Source: an uncultured Streptococcus sp. | Lineage (GTDB): Bacteria > Bacillota > Bacilli > Lactobacillales > Streptococcaceae | DNA: 64,000 nucleotides | Assembly: GCA_963522215.1 (NCBI GenBank) | Contig: CAUQXM010000003.1 | Location: 306 to 64,305 of the forward strand | Direction of reading: 5' to 3' | In this document: piece by piece, positions 31,030 to 42,254 of the stretch | How the letters are laid out: every line of letters starts with the position of its first letter | Position numbering within the stretch: position 1 is the stretch's first letter | The notes under the pieces: model-generated | Database searches by the model: none | Told to the model about the DNA's origin: nothing | Seen by the model: only the letters and a program-made list of their open reading frames with translations | Translations under genes and position numbers: made by a program

Positions 31030-32505
31030 ATGAAAACAATTATTGATAATTTTGTTGATAGAGTAATTGAATACGGAATGTATAATGAAATTGACAAAAT
31101 ATATGTGAAAAATAGAGTACTAGCGTTAATAGGTGAGGAGGGAACTGATCGCATTTCCGATGAAAATGACCTGAAACAAATAAAAGATTACTTAGTGGAA
31201 ATCGCCTTAAAAAACGGTAAAATTAAAGATTTAATCGAGGAAAAGGAATGTTTAGGAGCAGAGTTAATGAATTTCATAGTTCCTTTACCTAGTCGATTAA
31301 ATGATATTTTTTGGAGTTCATATGATATATCACCTCAAGAAGCAGTTGAAGAGTTTTATAAGTTAAGTAAAGATAGTGATTATATTAAAACTTCTGCTAT
31401 TGCTAAGAATATTGAGTTTCGATCATCAACTAAATACGGAGAGCTAGAGATTACGATAAATTTGTCAAAACCCGAAAAAGATCCAAAAACAATTGCTGCT
31501 GAAAAATTAGTAAAAGCAACTAATTATCCCAAATGTTTACTATGTATGGAAAATGAAGGATATCAGGGGCGAATAAATTATCCAGCACGTTCGAATCATA
31601 GAATTATTCGGTTGAAACTTGGTGACGAAGTATGGGGATTCCAGTATTCTCCCTACTCATATTTTAATGAGCATGCGATATTTTTAAATAGTCAACATGT
31701 ACCAATGGCTATTACCTCTAAAACATTTGAACAATTATTGGAGATTGTTGATATTTTGCCAGGATATTTTGCTGGTTCAAATTCTGATCTTCCTATCTCA
31801 GGAGGCTCCATTCTTAGTCATAACCACTACCAGGGAGGGAAACATATTTTCCCAATGGAAAAAGCAAAATTTGAGAGTGAATTTCGTTTTAAAGACTTTG
31901 AGGATGTTAATGCTGGTATTGTAAAATGGCCAATGTCAGTAATTAGGTTACAAAGTGAAAATAAAAATCGCTTGTTAGATTTAGCTACTAAAATTCTAAA
32001 TAAGTGGAGAGAATATTCAGATTTAGAAGTAGACATCATTGCTATGACTGAAGATGTCCCACACCATACGGTGACTCCTATTGCTCGTAAAGTGGACGGG
32101 AGATATGAATTAGATATTGTTCTAAGAGATAATCATACTACTGAACAATACCCAGATGGTGTTTTCCATCCTCATCAAGATGTACAACATATTAAAAAGG
32201 AAAATATCGGGTTAATCGAAGTGATGGGACTTGCGATATTACCACCTCGTTTGAAACCAGAGTTAGAAGAAGTTGGAAAATATCTTTTAGGAGAGGATAA
32301 CGCAATTGCGGATTATCATTTAGAATGGGCTGATCAATTGAAAGAAAAATATCCTAACATTAAAAAAGAAGAGGTTAATAGCGTAGTTCAACACGAAGTA
32401 GGACAAGTATTTGCGAGAGTCCTAGAAGATGCAGGTGTTTATAAGAATACTTCATCTGGACATGAAGCGTTTATGAGATTTGTTAAATCGGTTGGAATAA
32501 ATTAG
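31030..32505 (+). CDS. galT: Second galactose-1-phosphate uridylyltransferase
   Basis: Same motifs as 14004-15485 but AT-rich codon usage. Confidence 0.93.
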   Translation: MKTIIDNFVDRVIEYGMYNEIDKIYVKNRVLALIGEEGTDRISDENDLKQIKDYLVEIALKNGKIKDLIEEKECLGAELMNFIVPLPSRLNDIFWSSYDISPQEAVEEFYKLSKDSDYIKTSAIAKNIEFRSSTKYGELEITINLSKPEKDPKTIAAEKLVKATNYPKCLLCMENEGYQGRINYPARSNHRIIRLKLGDEVWGFQYSPYSYFNEHAIFLNSQHVPMAITSKTFEQLLEIVDILPGYFAGSNSDLPISGGSILSHNHYQGGKHIFPMEKAKFESEFRFKDFEDVNAGIVKWPMSVIRLQSENKNRLLDLATKILNKWREYSDLEVDIIAMTEDVPHHTVTPIARKVDGRYELDIVLRDNHTTEQYPDGVFHPHQDVQHIKKENIGLIEVMGLAILPPRLKPELEEVGKYLLGEDNAIADYHLEWADQLKEKYPNIKKEEVNSVVQHEVGQVFARVLEDAGVYKNTSSGHEAFMRFVKSVGIN

Positions 32506-32517
32506 GAGGAAACAAAA

Positions 32518-33528
32518 ATGGCAATATTGGTAACAGGCGGAGCTGGTTATATTGGTAGCCATACCGTGGTAGAATTATTAATTTTAGGAAAGGAAGTTGT
32601 AATTGTCGATAACCTTTCGAACTCTAGCATCTTGGTATTAGATCGTATTGAAGCAATTACAGGGAAACGTCCTACGTTTTACGAATTAGATGTTTGTGAT
32701 AAACAAGAATTGAGAAAAGTTTTTGAACAAGAATCTATTGAAGCTGCAATCCATTTTGCAGGATACAAGGCTGTCGGCGAATCAGTGCAAAAGCCTGTGA
32801 TGTACTACGAAAATAATATTATGAGCACATTAGCTCTTGTTGAAGTGATGTCAGAGTTTAATGTTAAAAAGATCGTATTTTCATCGAGTGCGACTGTATA
32901 CGGCATTCACAATCAGTCTCCTCTTATTGAGACAATGCCTACAAGTGCAACAAATCCTTATGGGTACACGAAAGTGATGCTTGAACAAATTTTAAAAGAT
33001 GTTCATGTGGCAGATTCAGAATGGAGTATTGCGTTGCTTCGTTATTTCAATCCAATTGGTGCTCATGAGTCTGGTTTGATTGGGGAAGATCCCTCAGGAA
33101 TTCCTAACAACTTGATGCCTTATATTGCACAAGTAGCGGTAGGTAAGCTGTCAGAGCTAAGTGTGTTCGGAAATGATTATGATACGCTTGATGGTACTGG
33201 TGTGCGTGATTATATCCATGTAGTAGATTTAGCAATAGGACATATAAAAGCTTTAGAAAAAGTATTTGAAAAAACAGATGTTTATATCTATAACCTAGGC
33301 TCGGGAGAAGGCACTAGTGTATTACAACTTGTAAATACATTTGAAAGTGTTAATAAGATCCCTATTCCTTATAAAATAGTTCCAAGACGTTCAGGAGACG
33401 TTGCAACTTGTTATGCAAATGCAGACAAAGCATATAAGGAATTAAATTGGAGGACAACAAAATCGGTTGAAGACATGTGTAGAGATACATGGAATTGGCA
33501 ATCAAAAAATCCCAATGGCTATAATTGA
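32518..33528 (+). CDS. galE: UDP-glucose 4-epimerase
   Basis: TGGAGYIGSH, SSSATVYG, YGYTK, LRYFNPIG. Confidence 0.95.
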   Translation: MAILVTGGAGYIGSHTVVELLILGKEVVIVDNLSNSSILVLDRIEAITGKRPTFYELDVCDKQELRKVFEQESIEAAIHFAGYKAVGESVQKPVMYYENNIMSTLALVEVMSEFNVKKIVFSSSATVYGIHNQSPLIETMPTSATNPYGYTKVMLEQILKDVHVADSEWSIALLRYFNPIGAHESGLIGEDPSGIPNNLMPYIAQVAVGKLSELSVFGNDYDTLDGTGVRDYIHVVDLAIGHIKALEKVFEKTDVYIYNLGSGEGTSVLQLVNTFESVNKIPIPYKIVPRRSGDVATCYANADKAYKELNWRTTKSVEDMCRDTWNWQSKNPNGYN

Positions 33529-33624
33529 TGATACTGTCTATATGAGTGCTGTATTTTGGAAAAATTACTTAACCTTTTAATGAAATTCATATTTAATGAA
33601 AGATAAATTTTTTTAAAAAAATTT

Positions 33625-33688
33625 TTGAAAGCGCTTGACAAAGGAAACGGTTTCATTGTATAATGTAAACATGATGACACCGATGTCA
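33625..33688 (+). promoter_or_regulatory. Promoter with cre-like boxes and second LacI-type operator
   Basis: TGAAAGCGCTTGAC and AGGAAACGGTTTCA; TTGACA-18-TATAAT; TGACA-CCGA-TGTCA at 33675-33688. Confidence 0.75.
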
Positions 33689-33711
33689 AATATAAAAAAG
33701 AAGGTCTTTAT

Positions 33712-34371
33712 ATGAAAAACTTAACAAAAATTAAGTTCAAAGAGAATGGGGAATTTAATCATTTCCCTGGGAATACAGTTGTAGCAAATCTTTATACTAA
33801 ACAAGATTTGATGGAAGTTGTTGATATTATTCAATCACGTTATAGAGAATTACCATTTATCGATAAGTTTACTTTAACTCCAAGGAATTCTATTCACATG
33901 ACTGTAATTGAATTGTTGTGCCATGAAAATCGTGAAACGGAGTTTTGGAGCAGTAATCTTCCTCTAGATACACCTTTACAGGAAATACATGATTACTTTG
34001 CTAAACAACTTGAAATTTTTCCATTGTTGGATGAAGAAATTCATATGCGTGTAACTGAAATGGGAAAACAAAACATACTAGTTGAACCTGCAGATGAAGC
34101 TTCTGCAAAGAGATTAGAAGAAATTCGTACTTATGTCTCAGAAAAAGCAGGTGTTCGTTTCCCTAATCATGATAGATATCAATTCCATATTTCAATTGGG
34201 TATCTTCGGATTCCTCTAACCGAAGAGGAGGAAGAAGAGTTTACTAAAGTCAGAGCAGAATTAACTGAAATTTTATTAGAGAAGATTCCAACTATTACTG
34301 TAAACCGTATTGACTATACTGTATTTGAAGATATGAGACAATTTGTTCCATATCATGAAAAATTTAAATAA
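33712..34371 (+). CDS. 2H phosphoesterase (DUF1868-like)
   Basis: Two HxT/S motifs (SIHMT, FHIS); FPGNTVV. Confidence 0.8.
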   Translation: MKNLTKIKFKENGEFNHFPGNTVVANLYTKQDLMEVVDIIQSRYRELPFIDKFTLTPRNSIHMTVIELLCHENRETEFWSSNLPLDTPLQEIHDYFAKQLEIFPLLDEEIHMRVTEMGKQNILVEPADEASAKRLEEIRTYVSEKAGVRFPNHDRYQFHISIGYLRIPLTEEEEEEFTKVRAELTEILLEKIPTITVNRIDYTVFEDMRQFVPYHEKFK

Positions 34372-34395
34372 AATAATAAAAAAGGAGAACTTATC

Positions 34396-35463
34396 ATGAA
34401 AAAAATGAAAGTTTGGTCTACTGTACTTGCAACGGGAGTTGCTCTTACTACACTTGCTGCTTGCTCTGGAGGTTCAAATTCTACGACTGCTTCTTCATCT
34501 GAAGAAAAAGCTGATAAAAGTCAAGAATTAGTAATCTATTCGAACTCAGTCTCAAATGGTCGTGGTGATTGGTTAACTGCTAAAGCAAAAGAAGCTGGTT
34601 TTAATATCAAAATGGTTGATATCCCTGGCGCTCAATTAGCAGACCGTGTTATTGCCGAGAAGAATAATGCAGTTGCAGATATGGTATTTGGAATTGGTGC
34701 TGTTGATTCAAATAAAATTAGAGATCAAAAATTACTAGTACAGTACAAGCCTAAATGGTTAGATAAAATTGATCAATCTTTATCAGATAAAGATAATTAT
34801 TATAATCCTGTGATTGTTCAACCATTAGTTTTAATTGGAGCGCCTGATGTAAAAGAAATGCCTAAAGATTGGACTGAATTAGGTAGTAAGTATAAAGGTA
34901 AATATTCAATTTCTGGGCTCTCAGGTGGAACAGGACGGGCAATTCTAGCAAGTATCTTAGTTCGATACCTTGATGATAAAGGTGAATTAGGTGTTTCTGA
35001 AAAAGGTTGGGAAGCAGCAAAAGAATATCTGAAAAATGCATACACTCTTCAAAAGGGAGAAAGTTCAATTGTTAAGATGTTAGACAAAGAAGATCCAATA
35101 CAATATGGAATGATGTGGGGTTCTGGTGCATTAGTTGGACAAAAAGAACAAAATGTTGTTTTCAAAGTTATGACTCCTGAGATTGGTGTACCATTTGTAA
35201 CTGAACAAACTATGGTTTTAAGCACTAGTAAAAAACAAGCGTTAGCTAAAGAATTTATTGATTGGTTTGGTCAATCAGAAATTCAAGTAGAATATAGTAA
35301 GAACTTTGGATCTATTCCTGCAAATAAAGATGCCCTCAAAGATCTACCAGAAGATACTAAGAAATTTGTTGATCAAGTGAAACCACAAAATATTGACTGG
35401 GAAGCTGTTGGAAAGCATTTGGATGAATGGGTAGAAAAAGCTGAATTAGAATACGTACAATAA
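34396..35463 (+). CDS. ABC substrate-binding lipoprotein (AfuA/PhnS/FbpA-like)
   Basis: Lipobox LAAC; AEKNNAVADMVFG; SGGTG. Confidence 0.85.
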   Translation: MKKMKVWSTVLATGVALTTLAACSGGSNSTTASSSEEKADKSQELVIYSNSVSNGRGDWLTAKAKEAGFNIKMVDIPGAQLADRVIAEKNNAVADMVFGIGAVDSNKIRDQKLLVQYKPKWLDKIDQSLSDKDNYYNPVIVQPLVLIGAPDVKEMPKDWTELGSKYKGKYSISGLSGGTGRAILASILVRYLDDKGELGVSEKGWEAAKEYLKNAYTLQKGESSIVKMLDKEDPIQYGMMWGSGALVGQKEQNVVFKVMTPEIGVPFVTEQTMVLSTSKKQALAKEFIDWFGQSEIQVEYSKNFGSIPANKDALKDLPEDTKKFVDQVKPQNIDWEAVGKHLDEWVEKAELEYVQ

Positions 35464-35563
35464 GAAATAAGAGTTAATTTTTGTCCAAGTCTCTCTATTA
35501 TTTCTAAATTTATTGAAGAAATAAAGAGAGGCTTTTGGTTTAGTAATAGAGGGAGTTAGTGAG

Positions 35564-36574
35564 ATGATTAAATTTGATAATATTCAAATTAAATATGGTG
35601 ATTTTGTTGCAATTGATAATCTGAATTTAGATATACATGAAGGGGAATTTTTTACATTTCTTGGGCCTTCAGGATGTGGTAAATCAACTACTTTGAGAGC
35701 ATTGGTAGGTTTTCTAGATCCATCATCAGGAAGTATTGAAGTTAATGGAACAGATGTCACTCATTTGGAACCTGAAAAGCGTGGAATTGGTATTGTATTT
35801 CAATCTTATGCGCTATTTCCAACTATGACTGTTTTTGATAATATTGCATTTGGTTTAAAAGTTAAGAAGGTAGCTCCAGATGTTATTAAAGCTAAAGTAT
35901 CAGCAGTAGCAGCAAAAATTAAGATCTCTGATCAACAGTTACAGCGTAATGTATCAGAATTATCTGGGGGTCAACAACAAAGGGTAGCATTGGCTCGTGC
36001 TCTGGTTCTTGAACCTAAAATTCTTTGTCTAGATGAACCATTGTCAAACCTTGACGCAAAATTACGTGTAGATTTGAGAAAAGAGTTGAAAAGACTTCAA
36101 AAAGAGTTAGGTATTACTACTTTATATGTTACTCATGACCAAGAGGAAGCCTTAACTTTATCTGATAGAATTGCAGTCTTTAACAATGGATACATCGAAC
36201 AGGTCGGTACACCTGTAGAGATTTATCATAATTCTCAAACTGAATTTGTATGTGATTTTATTGGCGATATTAATGTTTTGACCGATGAAACAGTCCACGA
36301 AGTATTACTGAAAAATGCAAGCGTTTTCTTAGAAGATAAAAAAGGATACATTCGATTAGAGAAAGTTCGATTCAATCGTGAAACTGAACAAGATTTCATT
36401 CTAAAAGGAACAATTATTGATGTTGAGTTTTCTGGAGTTACAATTCACTATACAATAAAAGTTTCTGAAAGTCAGATTCTTAATGTAACAAGTATTGATA
36501 GTCAGGCTGCTATTAGATCTGTCGGAGAAAGTGTGGACTTATTTATCACACCATCAGACGTTCTGCAATTTTAA
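35564..36574 (+). CDS. ABC ATPase (AfuC/PotA-like)
   Basis: [31 protein letters not shown]. Confidence 0.93.
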   Translation: MIKFDNIQIKYGDFVAIDNLNLDIHEGEFFTFLGPSGCGKSTTLRALVGFLDPSSGSIEVNGTDVTHLEPEKRGIGIVFQSYALFPTMTVFDNIAFGLKVKKVAPDVIKAKVSAVAAKIKISDQQLQRNVSELSGGQQQRVALARALVLEPKILCLDEPLSNLDAKLRVDLRKELKRLQKELGITTLYVTHDQEEALTLSDRIAVFNNGYIEQVGTPVEIYHNSQTEFVCDFIGDINVLTDETVHEVLLKNASVFLEDKKGYIRLEKVRFNRETEQDFILKGTIIDVEFSGVTIHYTIKVSESQILNVTSIDSQAAIRSVGESVDLFITPSDVLQF

Positions 36575-36585
36575 GGAGGTGCAGT

Positions 36586-38277
36586 ATGCGTCATAAATTA
36601 AATTTAAAAGATTGGCTTATTCGTTTAGGGTTAATCTGGTTCCTAGTAACATTTATTATTTATCCAAACTTTGATCTAGTAGTGAATGTATTTGTAAAAG
36701 GAGGAGAATTTTCCCTTGAAGCTGTACATCGTGTTCTAAAATCTGAGAGGGCACTTCAGAGTATTATGAACAGTTTTAAGTTAGCATTTTCACTCATTAT
36801 TACAGTTAATGTCGTAGGTATTCTTTGTGTTCTATTTACAGAGTACTTTGATATTAAAGGTGCTAAAATTTTAAAATTAGGCTATATGACCTCTTTAATT
36901 TATGGAGGAGTGGTTTTAGCGACTGGATATAAATTTGTCTATGGTCCTTATGGATTGATAACAAAATTTTTACAAAATGTTATCCCTTCTTTAGACCCTA
37001 ACTGGTTTATTGGGTATGGTGCAGTCTTATTCATTATGACATTTTCAGGAACTGCTAATCATACATTGTTTTTAACAAATACAATTCGAAGCGTTGACTA
37101 TCACACTATTGAGGCTGCACGAAATATGGGAGCAAAACCATTTACTGTTTTCCGAAAAGTAGTGTTACCAACCTTAATTCCAACTCTATTTGCACTTACT
37201 ATTATGGTTTTTCTTAGTGGTTTATCTGCAGTAGCAGCACCCATGATTGTTGGTGGTAAAGGATTTCAAACTATAAATCCAATGATTATTACATTTGCAG
37301 GGATGGGGAATTCTCGTGATTTAGCTGCCTTACTTGCAATTATTTTAGGTATTGCAACTACAATTTTGCTTACTATCATGAATAAGATAGAAAAAGGTGG
37401 AAATTATATTTCTATCTCTAAGACTAAAGCGCCTCTTAAAAAACAAAAAATTGCATCTAAGCCTTGGAATATCATTGCTCACATTGTAGCATATGGATTG
37501 TTCACAGTTTTCATGCTTCCACTAATTTTTATAGTATTATACTCATTTACAGATCCAGTTGCAATTCAAACAGGTAACTTAACATTATCAAACTTTACTT
37601 TAGAAAATTATCGCTTATTCTTTAGTAATAGTGCGGCATTCTCTCCATTCTTGGTCAGCTTTATTTATTCTATTATCGCTGCGACAACAGCAACAATTCT
37701 CGCAGTTGTATTTGCTCGAGTTGTCAGAAAACATAAAGCTCGCTTTGATTTCTTATTTGAATATGGTGCTCTACTTCCTTGGTTACTACCAAGTACACTT
37801 TTAGCAGTAAGTTTATTATTTACTTTTAATCAGCCACAATTTCTTGTCTTGAATCAGATTTTGGTAGGTAGTTTGGTAATTCTACTTATTGCATATATAG
37901 TTGTAAAAATCCCATTTTCTTATAGAATGGTACGTGCTATTTTATTTAGTGTTGATGATGAGATGGAAGATGCAGCAAGAAGTATGGGTGCTTCACCTTT
38001 TTATACTATGATGAAGGTTATCATTCCATTTATTTTACCGGTTGTTCTCTCTGTTATTGCTTTAAACTTTAACTCTTTATTAACTGACTTCGACTTATCT
38101 GTATTTCTTTACCATCCATTAGCTCAACCGCTGGGTATAACTATTCGTTCAGCAGGTGATGAAACAGCAACTTCAAATGCTCAAGCACTTGTATTCGTTT
38201 ATACTATTGTATTAATGATAATTTCTGGTTCTGTATTATACTTTACTCAGAGACCAGCTAGTAGAAAAAGGAAATAA
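36586..38277 (+). CDS. ABC permease with duplicated TMD (AfuB/FbpB-like)
   Basis: 563 aa; two EAA loops ([17 protein letters not shown]). Confidence 0.92.
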   Translation: MRHKLNLKDWLIRLGLIWFLVTFIIYPNFDLVVNVFVKGGEFSLEAVHRVLKSERALQSIMNSFKLAFSLIITVNVVGILCVLFTEYFDIKGAKILKLGYMTSLIYGGVVLATGYKFVYGPYGLITKFLQNVIPSLDPNWFIGYGAVLFIMTFSGTANHTLFLTNTIRSVDYHTIEAARNMGAKPFTVFRKVVLPTLIPTLFALTIMVFLSGLSAVAAPMIVGGKGFQTINPMIITFAGMGNSRDLAALLAIILGIATTILLTIMNKIEKGGNYISISKTKAPLKKQKIASKPWNIIAHIVAYGLFTVFMLPLIFIVLYSFTDPVAIQTGNLTLSNFTLENYRLFFSNSAAFSPFLVSFIYSIIAATTATILAVVFARVVRKHKARFDFLFEYGALLPWLLPSTLLAVSLLFTFNQPQFLVLNQILVGSLVILLIAYIVVKIPFSYRMVRAILFSVDDEMEDAARSMGASPFYTMMKVIIPFILPVVLSVIALNFNSLLTDFDLSVFLYHPLAQPLGITIRSAGDETATSNAQALVFVYTIVLMIISGSVLYFTQRPASRKRK

Positions 38278-38279
38278 TA

Positions 38280-38990
38280 ATGAATGCAACAAGCTTAGGA
38301 CTATCATATATCGAAATTGTATTAAGAATTGTGCTTTCATTAGTTATTGGTGGTGTAATTGGTTTAGAGAGAGGAAGTAAATCTCAACCAGCAGGTATTC
38401 GTACACATAGTATTGTTTGTCTGGCTGCATGTTTAATTATGATGACTAATGAGTATGTATCTTATAAATTTGGTACAGGAGATCCTACACGCTTAGGTGC
38501 GCAAGTTATATCAGGTGTTGGTTTTCTTGGGGCTGGAACAATACTTATTACAGATAAAAAGAAAATAACTGGTTTAACAACTGCAGCCGGAATATGGGCT
38601 TCAGCTGGAATCGGTCTAGCTATAGGTGTTGGTTTTTATGAAGGAGCCGTACTAGGAGCAGTTTCTGTTTGGAGTGTTATAACTATGTTCCAACCTTTAA
38701 AAAAATATCTTCAAAGTCGTTCAAAGATAATCGAATTGTATATCGTTGTTAGATCTACAGAGGCATATAATCGGGTACTAGTATACTGTGCTGAGAATGG
38801 CATTAGAATGACTGATTCTAGAACTGCATTTGGAGATGTTAATTCAGAAAGAATTGAATATTTTGATGTTCCAGAAAAAAAAATAGCATCATTTATTACT
38901 CTAGAACTATCAGGAAGATTTGAACATCTTCGTTTGATGGAAGAAATTGCTAATATTGTAGGTGTTATTTATGTCGAAGAAATTAGCTGA
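38280..38990 (+). CDS. MgtC/SapB-family membrane protein
   Basis: GLER, AGIRTH, DPTRLGAQVISGVGFLGAG, GLTTAA. Confidence 0.92.
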   Translation: MNATSLGLSYIEIVLRIVLSLVIGGVIGLERGSKSQPAGIRTHSIVCLAACLIMMTNEYVSYKFGTGDPTRLGAQVISGVGFLGAGTILITDKKKITGLTTAAGIWASAGIGLAIGVGFYEGAVLGAVSVWSVITMFQPLKKYLQSRSKIIELYIVVRSTEAYNRVLVYCAENGIRMTDSRTAFGDVNSERIEYFDVPEKKIASFITLELSGRFEHLRLMEEIANIVGVIYVEEIS

Positions 38991-39085
38991 AATTTAGTAA
39001 ACAAAGGGACAGATGTTTTTGTCCTTTTGTTTTTTTAATGTTTTAATCATCTAATTTTTGAGTAGATTTTTGCTCAGAGGTTTTT

Positions 39086-39454
39086 ATGAAAGATTATAAA
39101 ATCTATTTTGATTTAGGTAAAATAGAATATTTTGATAATAATTGTTTGATACAAGTATACAAATTTATTTCTTTTTATGATATTTGTGAAATGGTGTTTC
39201 CCTTTCGTTTACCTCCTGATGAGTTGATAACAAATGTTATTTTTAAAGAAAAAATTAAGTCTATGTTAGAATGTTACATTGACAGGCTATTATATATTTT
39301 TATAAATCCAACAATTTTTACTGAAAAAGTTAATCTACAATTTTATGGTAGTTTTTTCTCATATGAATTTATTTGTCGTGAAGTTGGAAACATTCTTAAA
39401 AATAAAGGTGTGAATTGCAATTTAAACTTTTTTGAAGGGGAAGAATATTTGTAA
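39086..39454 (+). CDS. Hypothetical protein
   Basis: 122 aa ORF with AGAGG RBS; no recognisable motif. Confidence 0.55.
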   Translation: MKDYKIYFDLGKIEYFDNNCLIQVYKFISFYDICEMVFPFRLPPDELITNVIFKEKIKSMLECYIDRLLYIFINPTIFTEKVNLQFYGSFFSYEFICREVGNILKNKGVNCNLNFFEGEEYL

Positions 39455-39561
39455 AATTAATTTTGTGAATTTGTGGATCTTAAATAATTTACAAAATTCT
39501 CTTGTTAAAAAAAATTAAATATTGTATAGTAATATTAGAATGTTCGTAATGGAGGACTGAA

Positions 39562-40563
39562 ATGAAAAATATAAATGGGAAAAAGGTAACTATTTATGAT
39601 ATTGCACGTTTATCAGGTTTTTCTCCAAAAACAGTTTCACGAGTTATTAATGGTGGAGTAAATGTTAAAGAAGAAACTTATCAAGCGATTCAAAAAGTTA
39701 TAGAGGAATTGTCGTATATTCCAAATGCGTATGCAAAAAATTTAACTAAAAAAGAAGCTATAAATATATTGATTTCTGTAAAAAAAATCGACTCTTTTCC
39801 TTTAATTTGGTTTCAAACTTTATTAGATAAAGTTTTACAAACTTGTAAAGAGTATGGTGTTAACGCTATTGTTGAATATTTTAGTGAAGAAGATACAATT
39901 AGTAATTCAATAATCTCGAGTACAGGAAGCTTGATAGATGGTGTAATAGTATTTTATGAAAGTAAAGAAGATATTCGGATTAATTACTTGCAAAAGAATA
40001 AAATGCCATTCATAGTTTTTGGAGAATCTAGAACACCTAATGTTGTGTATGTTTCTAACAACAATTTTCAGGCCACTTATGACATGATGAAATTAGTATC
40101 AAAAGAAAACATTAATAGTATGTGGTTACTTATGGGAGGAGAATCCCTTGTTAATATTGATCGAGAGAGAGGGGTTCGTGCTTTTTTAAATGATAATAAC
40201 TATGAAATGGATTTGAAAGTAGTATATGGTCTAACTACAATAGATTCTGTTTATTCATATGCTACAAGACATCTATCTAATCAAAATTATCCTGATTTGA
40301 TTTTTGTATCCGGTGATGAAAAAGTACAGGGATTGATTCGTTCTTGCTATGAGAAGGAAATTACCATTCCTGATGATATTTCAATAATCGGATTTGACAA
40401 TATTCCAATTTCTCAATATTATACTCCAGCTTTATCTACAATTTCTCCTAATTATGTTAAATTAGCTCAAGAAATGATTGAAGGGGTATTAGCAATTATA
40501 AAGGGGGAAAGTGTCACATCTGTTGAAGTTTCTACTAAACTTGTTAGGAGACAGAGTTTCTAG
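39562..40563 (+). CDS. LacI-family regulator of the pfbA-gal-ABC locus
   Basis: TIYDIARLSGFSPKTVSRVIN; IIGFDN. Confidence 0.92.
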   Translation: MKNINGKKVTIYDIARLSGFSPKTVSRVINGGVNVKEETYQAIQKVIEELSYIPNAYAKNLTKKEAINILISVKKIDSFPLIWFQTLLDKVLQTCKEYGVNAIVEYFSEEDTISNSIISSTGSLIDGVIVFYESKEDIRINYLQKNKMPFIVFGESRTPNVVYVSNNNFQATYDMMKLVSKENINSMWLLMGGESLVNIDRERGVRAFLNDNNYEMDLKVVYGLTTIDSVYSYATRHLSNQNYPDLIFVSGDEKVQGLIRSCYEKEITIPDDISIIGFDNIPISQYYTPALSTISPNYVKLAQEMIEGVLAIIKGESVTSVEVSTKLVRRQSF

Positions 40564-40750
40564 TATTGTTTAATTCTTGAAAATCCTAATGGAAAAGATG
40601 GAGTGTTCTAAAGTAAGTTCTGTTTAGCATCTATTCAGTTTCTATTGAGTTGGATCCAATTTCCAACAAGTGGGACATTTTCACGTTCGATTTACTAAAG
40701 ACATTATCACATTCGAATCACACATCTTTCAAAAAAATCGTAAAAAAGTC

Positions 40751-41039
40751 TTGACAAAGAAAAAACAAAGTATTAAAATAAGTTCAACAAATCAGAAAAG
40801 TAACTATTTTTGATCTTCAGGGAGCCTGTGGTGATTGTGAACAGGTGGTTGAAAGTAGTGAAAGTGGGCTGATTTTAAAAATGAATTTGAAACAATGAAA
40901 ATTCGGTGCGCACACCTTACAGTGCAACTTGTTGTTAGACAAGGTAGAGATGTAAAGGAGATAGTTCCTTTATAATTGAGGTGGCACCGCGTTACCAACG
41001 CCCTCACATGGAATTTAATTCTGTGTGTGGGCTTTTTTC
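40751..41039 (+). ncRNA. Promoter and Trp T-box riboswitch 1
   Basis: TTGACA-17-TAAAAT; stem I AAATCAG/CTGATTT with GAAAG-TGG specifier; AATTGAGGTGGCACCGCG at 40974; terminator with T run. Confidence 0.9.
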
Positions 41040-41074
41040 ATATCTTGAAATCAATACAGAAAGAGGAAATTTTT

Positions 41075-42253
41075 ATGACAACTAAAGGTTATTTTGGACA
41101 ATTTGGTGGTAGTTTTGTACCGGAGCCTATTCAGGCTTTGTTGGATGAGTTGGAAGTGACATTTGAAAAGTACAAGGATGATCCAGAATTTTTGGCAGAA
41201 TTTCGCCATTACTTAAAGGACTATTCAGGTCGCGAAACACCGCTCTATTTTGCGGAAAGTTTGACAGACCACTTAGGTGGCGCTAAGATTTATCTCAAGC
41301 GCGAAGACCTGAACCACCTTGGTTCTCACAAGCTCAACAACGTTTTAGGACAAATCCTTCTTGCCAAACGTATGGGCAAAAAACGAGTGATTGCGGAAAC
41401 AGGAGCTGGTCAGCACGGTGTTGCGACAGCAGCGGCTGCAGCCAAGTTTGGGATGGCCTGTGATGTCTACATGGGAGCAGAGGATGTGGAACGTCAACGT
41501 CTCAATGTTTTCCGTATGGAGATGATGGGAGCAACTGTTCATGCAGTTGAAACGGGAACACGAACTCTTAAGGATGCGGTTGATGCAGCCTTTGGAGCAT
41601 GGATGAATGACCTTGAAGCCTTCTATGTTCTGGGATCTGCTGTAGGTCCTCACCCTTATCCTACAATTGTTCATGAATTCCAAAAGGTCATCAGTGAAGA
41701 ATCTCGCCGTCAAATCTTAGAAAAAGAAGGCCGTTTACCAGACTACGTTATTGCCTGTGTAGGTGGTGGTTCCAATGCCATCGGTGCTTTTTCGCAGTAT
41801 GTGGCTGATGAAGAAGTCAAATTGGTTGGGGTCGAAGCTGCTGGTCATGGACTTGATACAGACAAGCACGCAGCTACTATGACAAAAGGTAGTATCGGAA
41901 TTGTCGACGGCATGAAGACCTATGCAGTCTTTAAGGAAGATGGAGAGCTAGCTCCAGTTTACTCTATCTCAGCTGGTTTGGACTATCCAGGGGTTGGTCC
42001 AGAACACGCCTACTTTAAAGATTCTGGCCGCGTAGAATATGTGGCAGCGACAGATGAAGAAGCGGTTCAAGCCTTGCTCCTTCTTAGTAAGACAGAAGGA
42101 ATTATCCCAGCGATTGAAAGTTCGCATGCCATCGCAGAAGCAGTTAAACGTGCACCGAAACTAAGTAAAGATGAGATTATCATCATCAATGTCTCTGGTC
42201 GTGGAGACAAGGACGTAGCTGCTATTGCAGACTACCTAGAAGCTAAAAAATAA
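41075..42253 (+). CDS. trpB: Tryptophan synthase beta chain, extra paralogue
   Basis: [37 protein letters not shown] 41075 after AGAGG. Confidence 0.93.
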   Translation: MTTKGYFGQFGGSFVPEPIQALLDELEVTFEKYKDDPEFLAEFRHYLKDYSGRETPLYFAESLTDHLGGAKIYLKREDLNHLGSHKLNNVLGQILLAKRMGKKRVIAETGAGQHGVATAAAAAKFGMACDVYMGAEDVERQRLNVFRMEMMGATVHAVETGTRTLKDAVDAAFGAWMNDLEAFYVLGSAVGPHPYPTIVHEFQKVISEESRRQILEKEGRLPDYVIACVGGGSNAIGAFSQYVADEEVKLVGVEAAGHGLDTDKHAATMTKGSIGIVDGMKTYAVFKEDGELAPVYSISAGLDYPGVGPEHAYFKDSGRVEYVAATDEEAVQALLLLSKTEGIIPAIESSHAIAEAVKRAPKLSKDEIIIINVSGRGDKDVAAIADYLEAKK

Positions 42254-42254
42254 A

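Noticed and set aside
40620..40730. Minus-strand Cys-containing fragment (ECDNVFSK..KCPTC) hinting at a zinc-ribbon remnant
   Set aside because: Needs frameshifts and crosses stop codons; too short to support
40976..41074. N-terminal extensions MRWHR.. on the trpB (40976) and trpE (42445) ORFs, suggesting Trp leader peptides
   Set aside because: They are translations of the T-box sequence TTGAGGTGGCACCGCG; the real starts with RBS are 41075 and 42547
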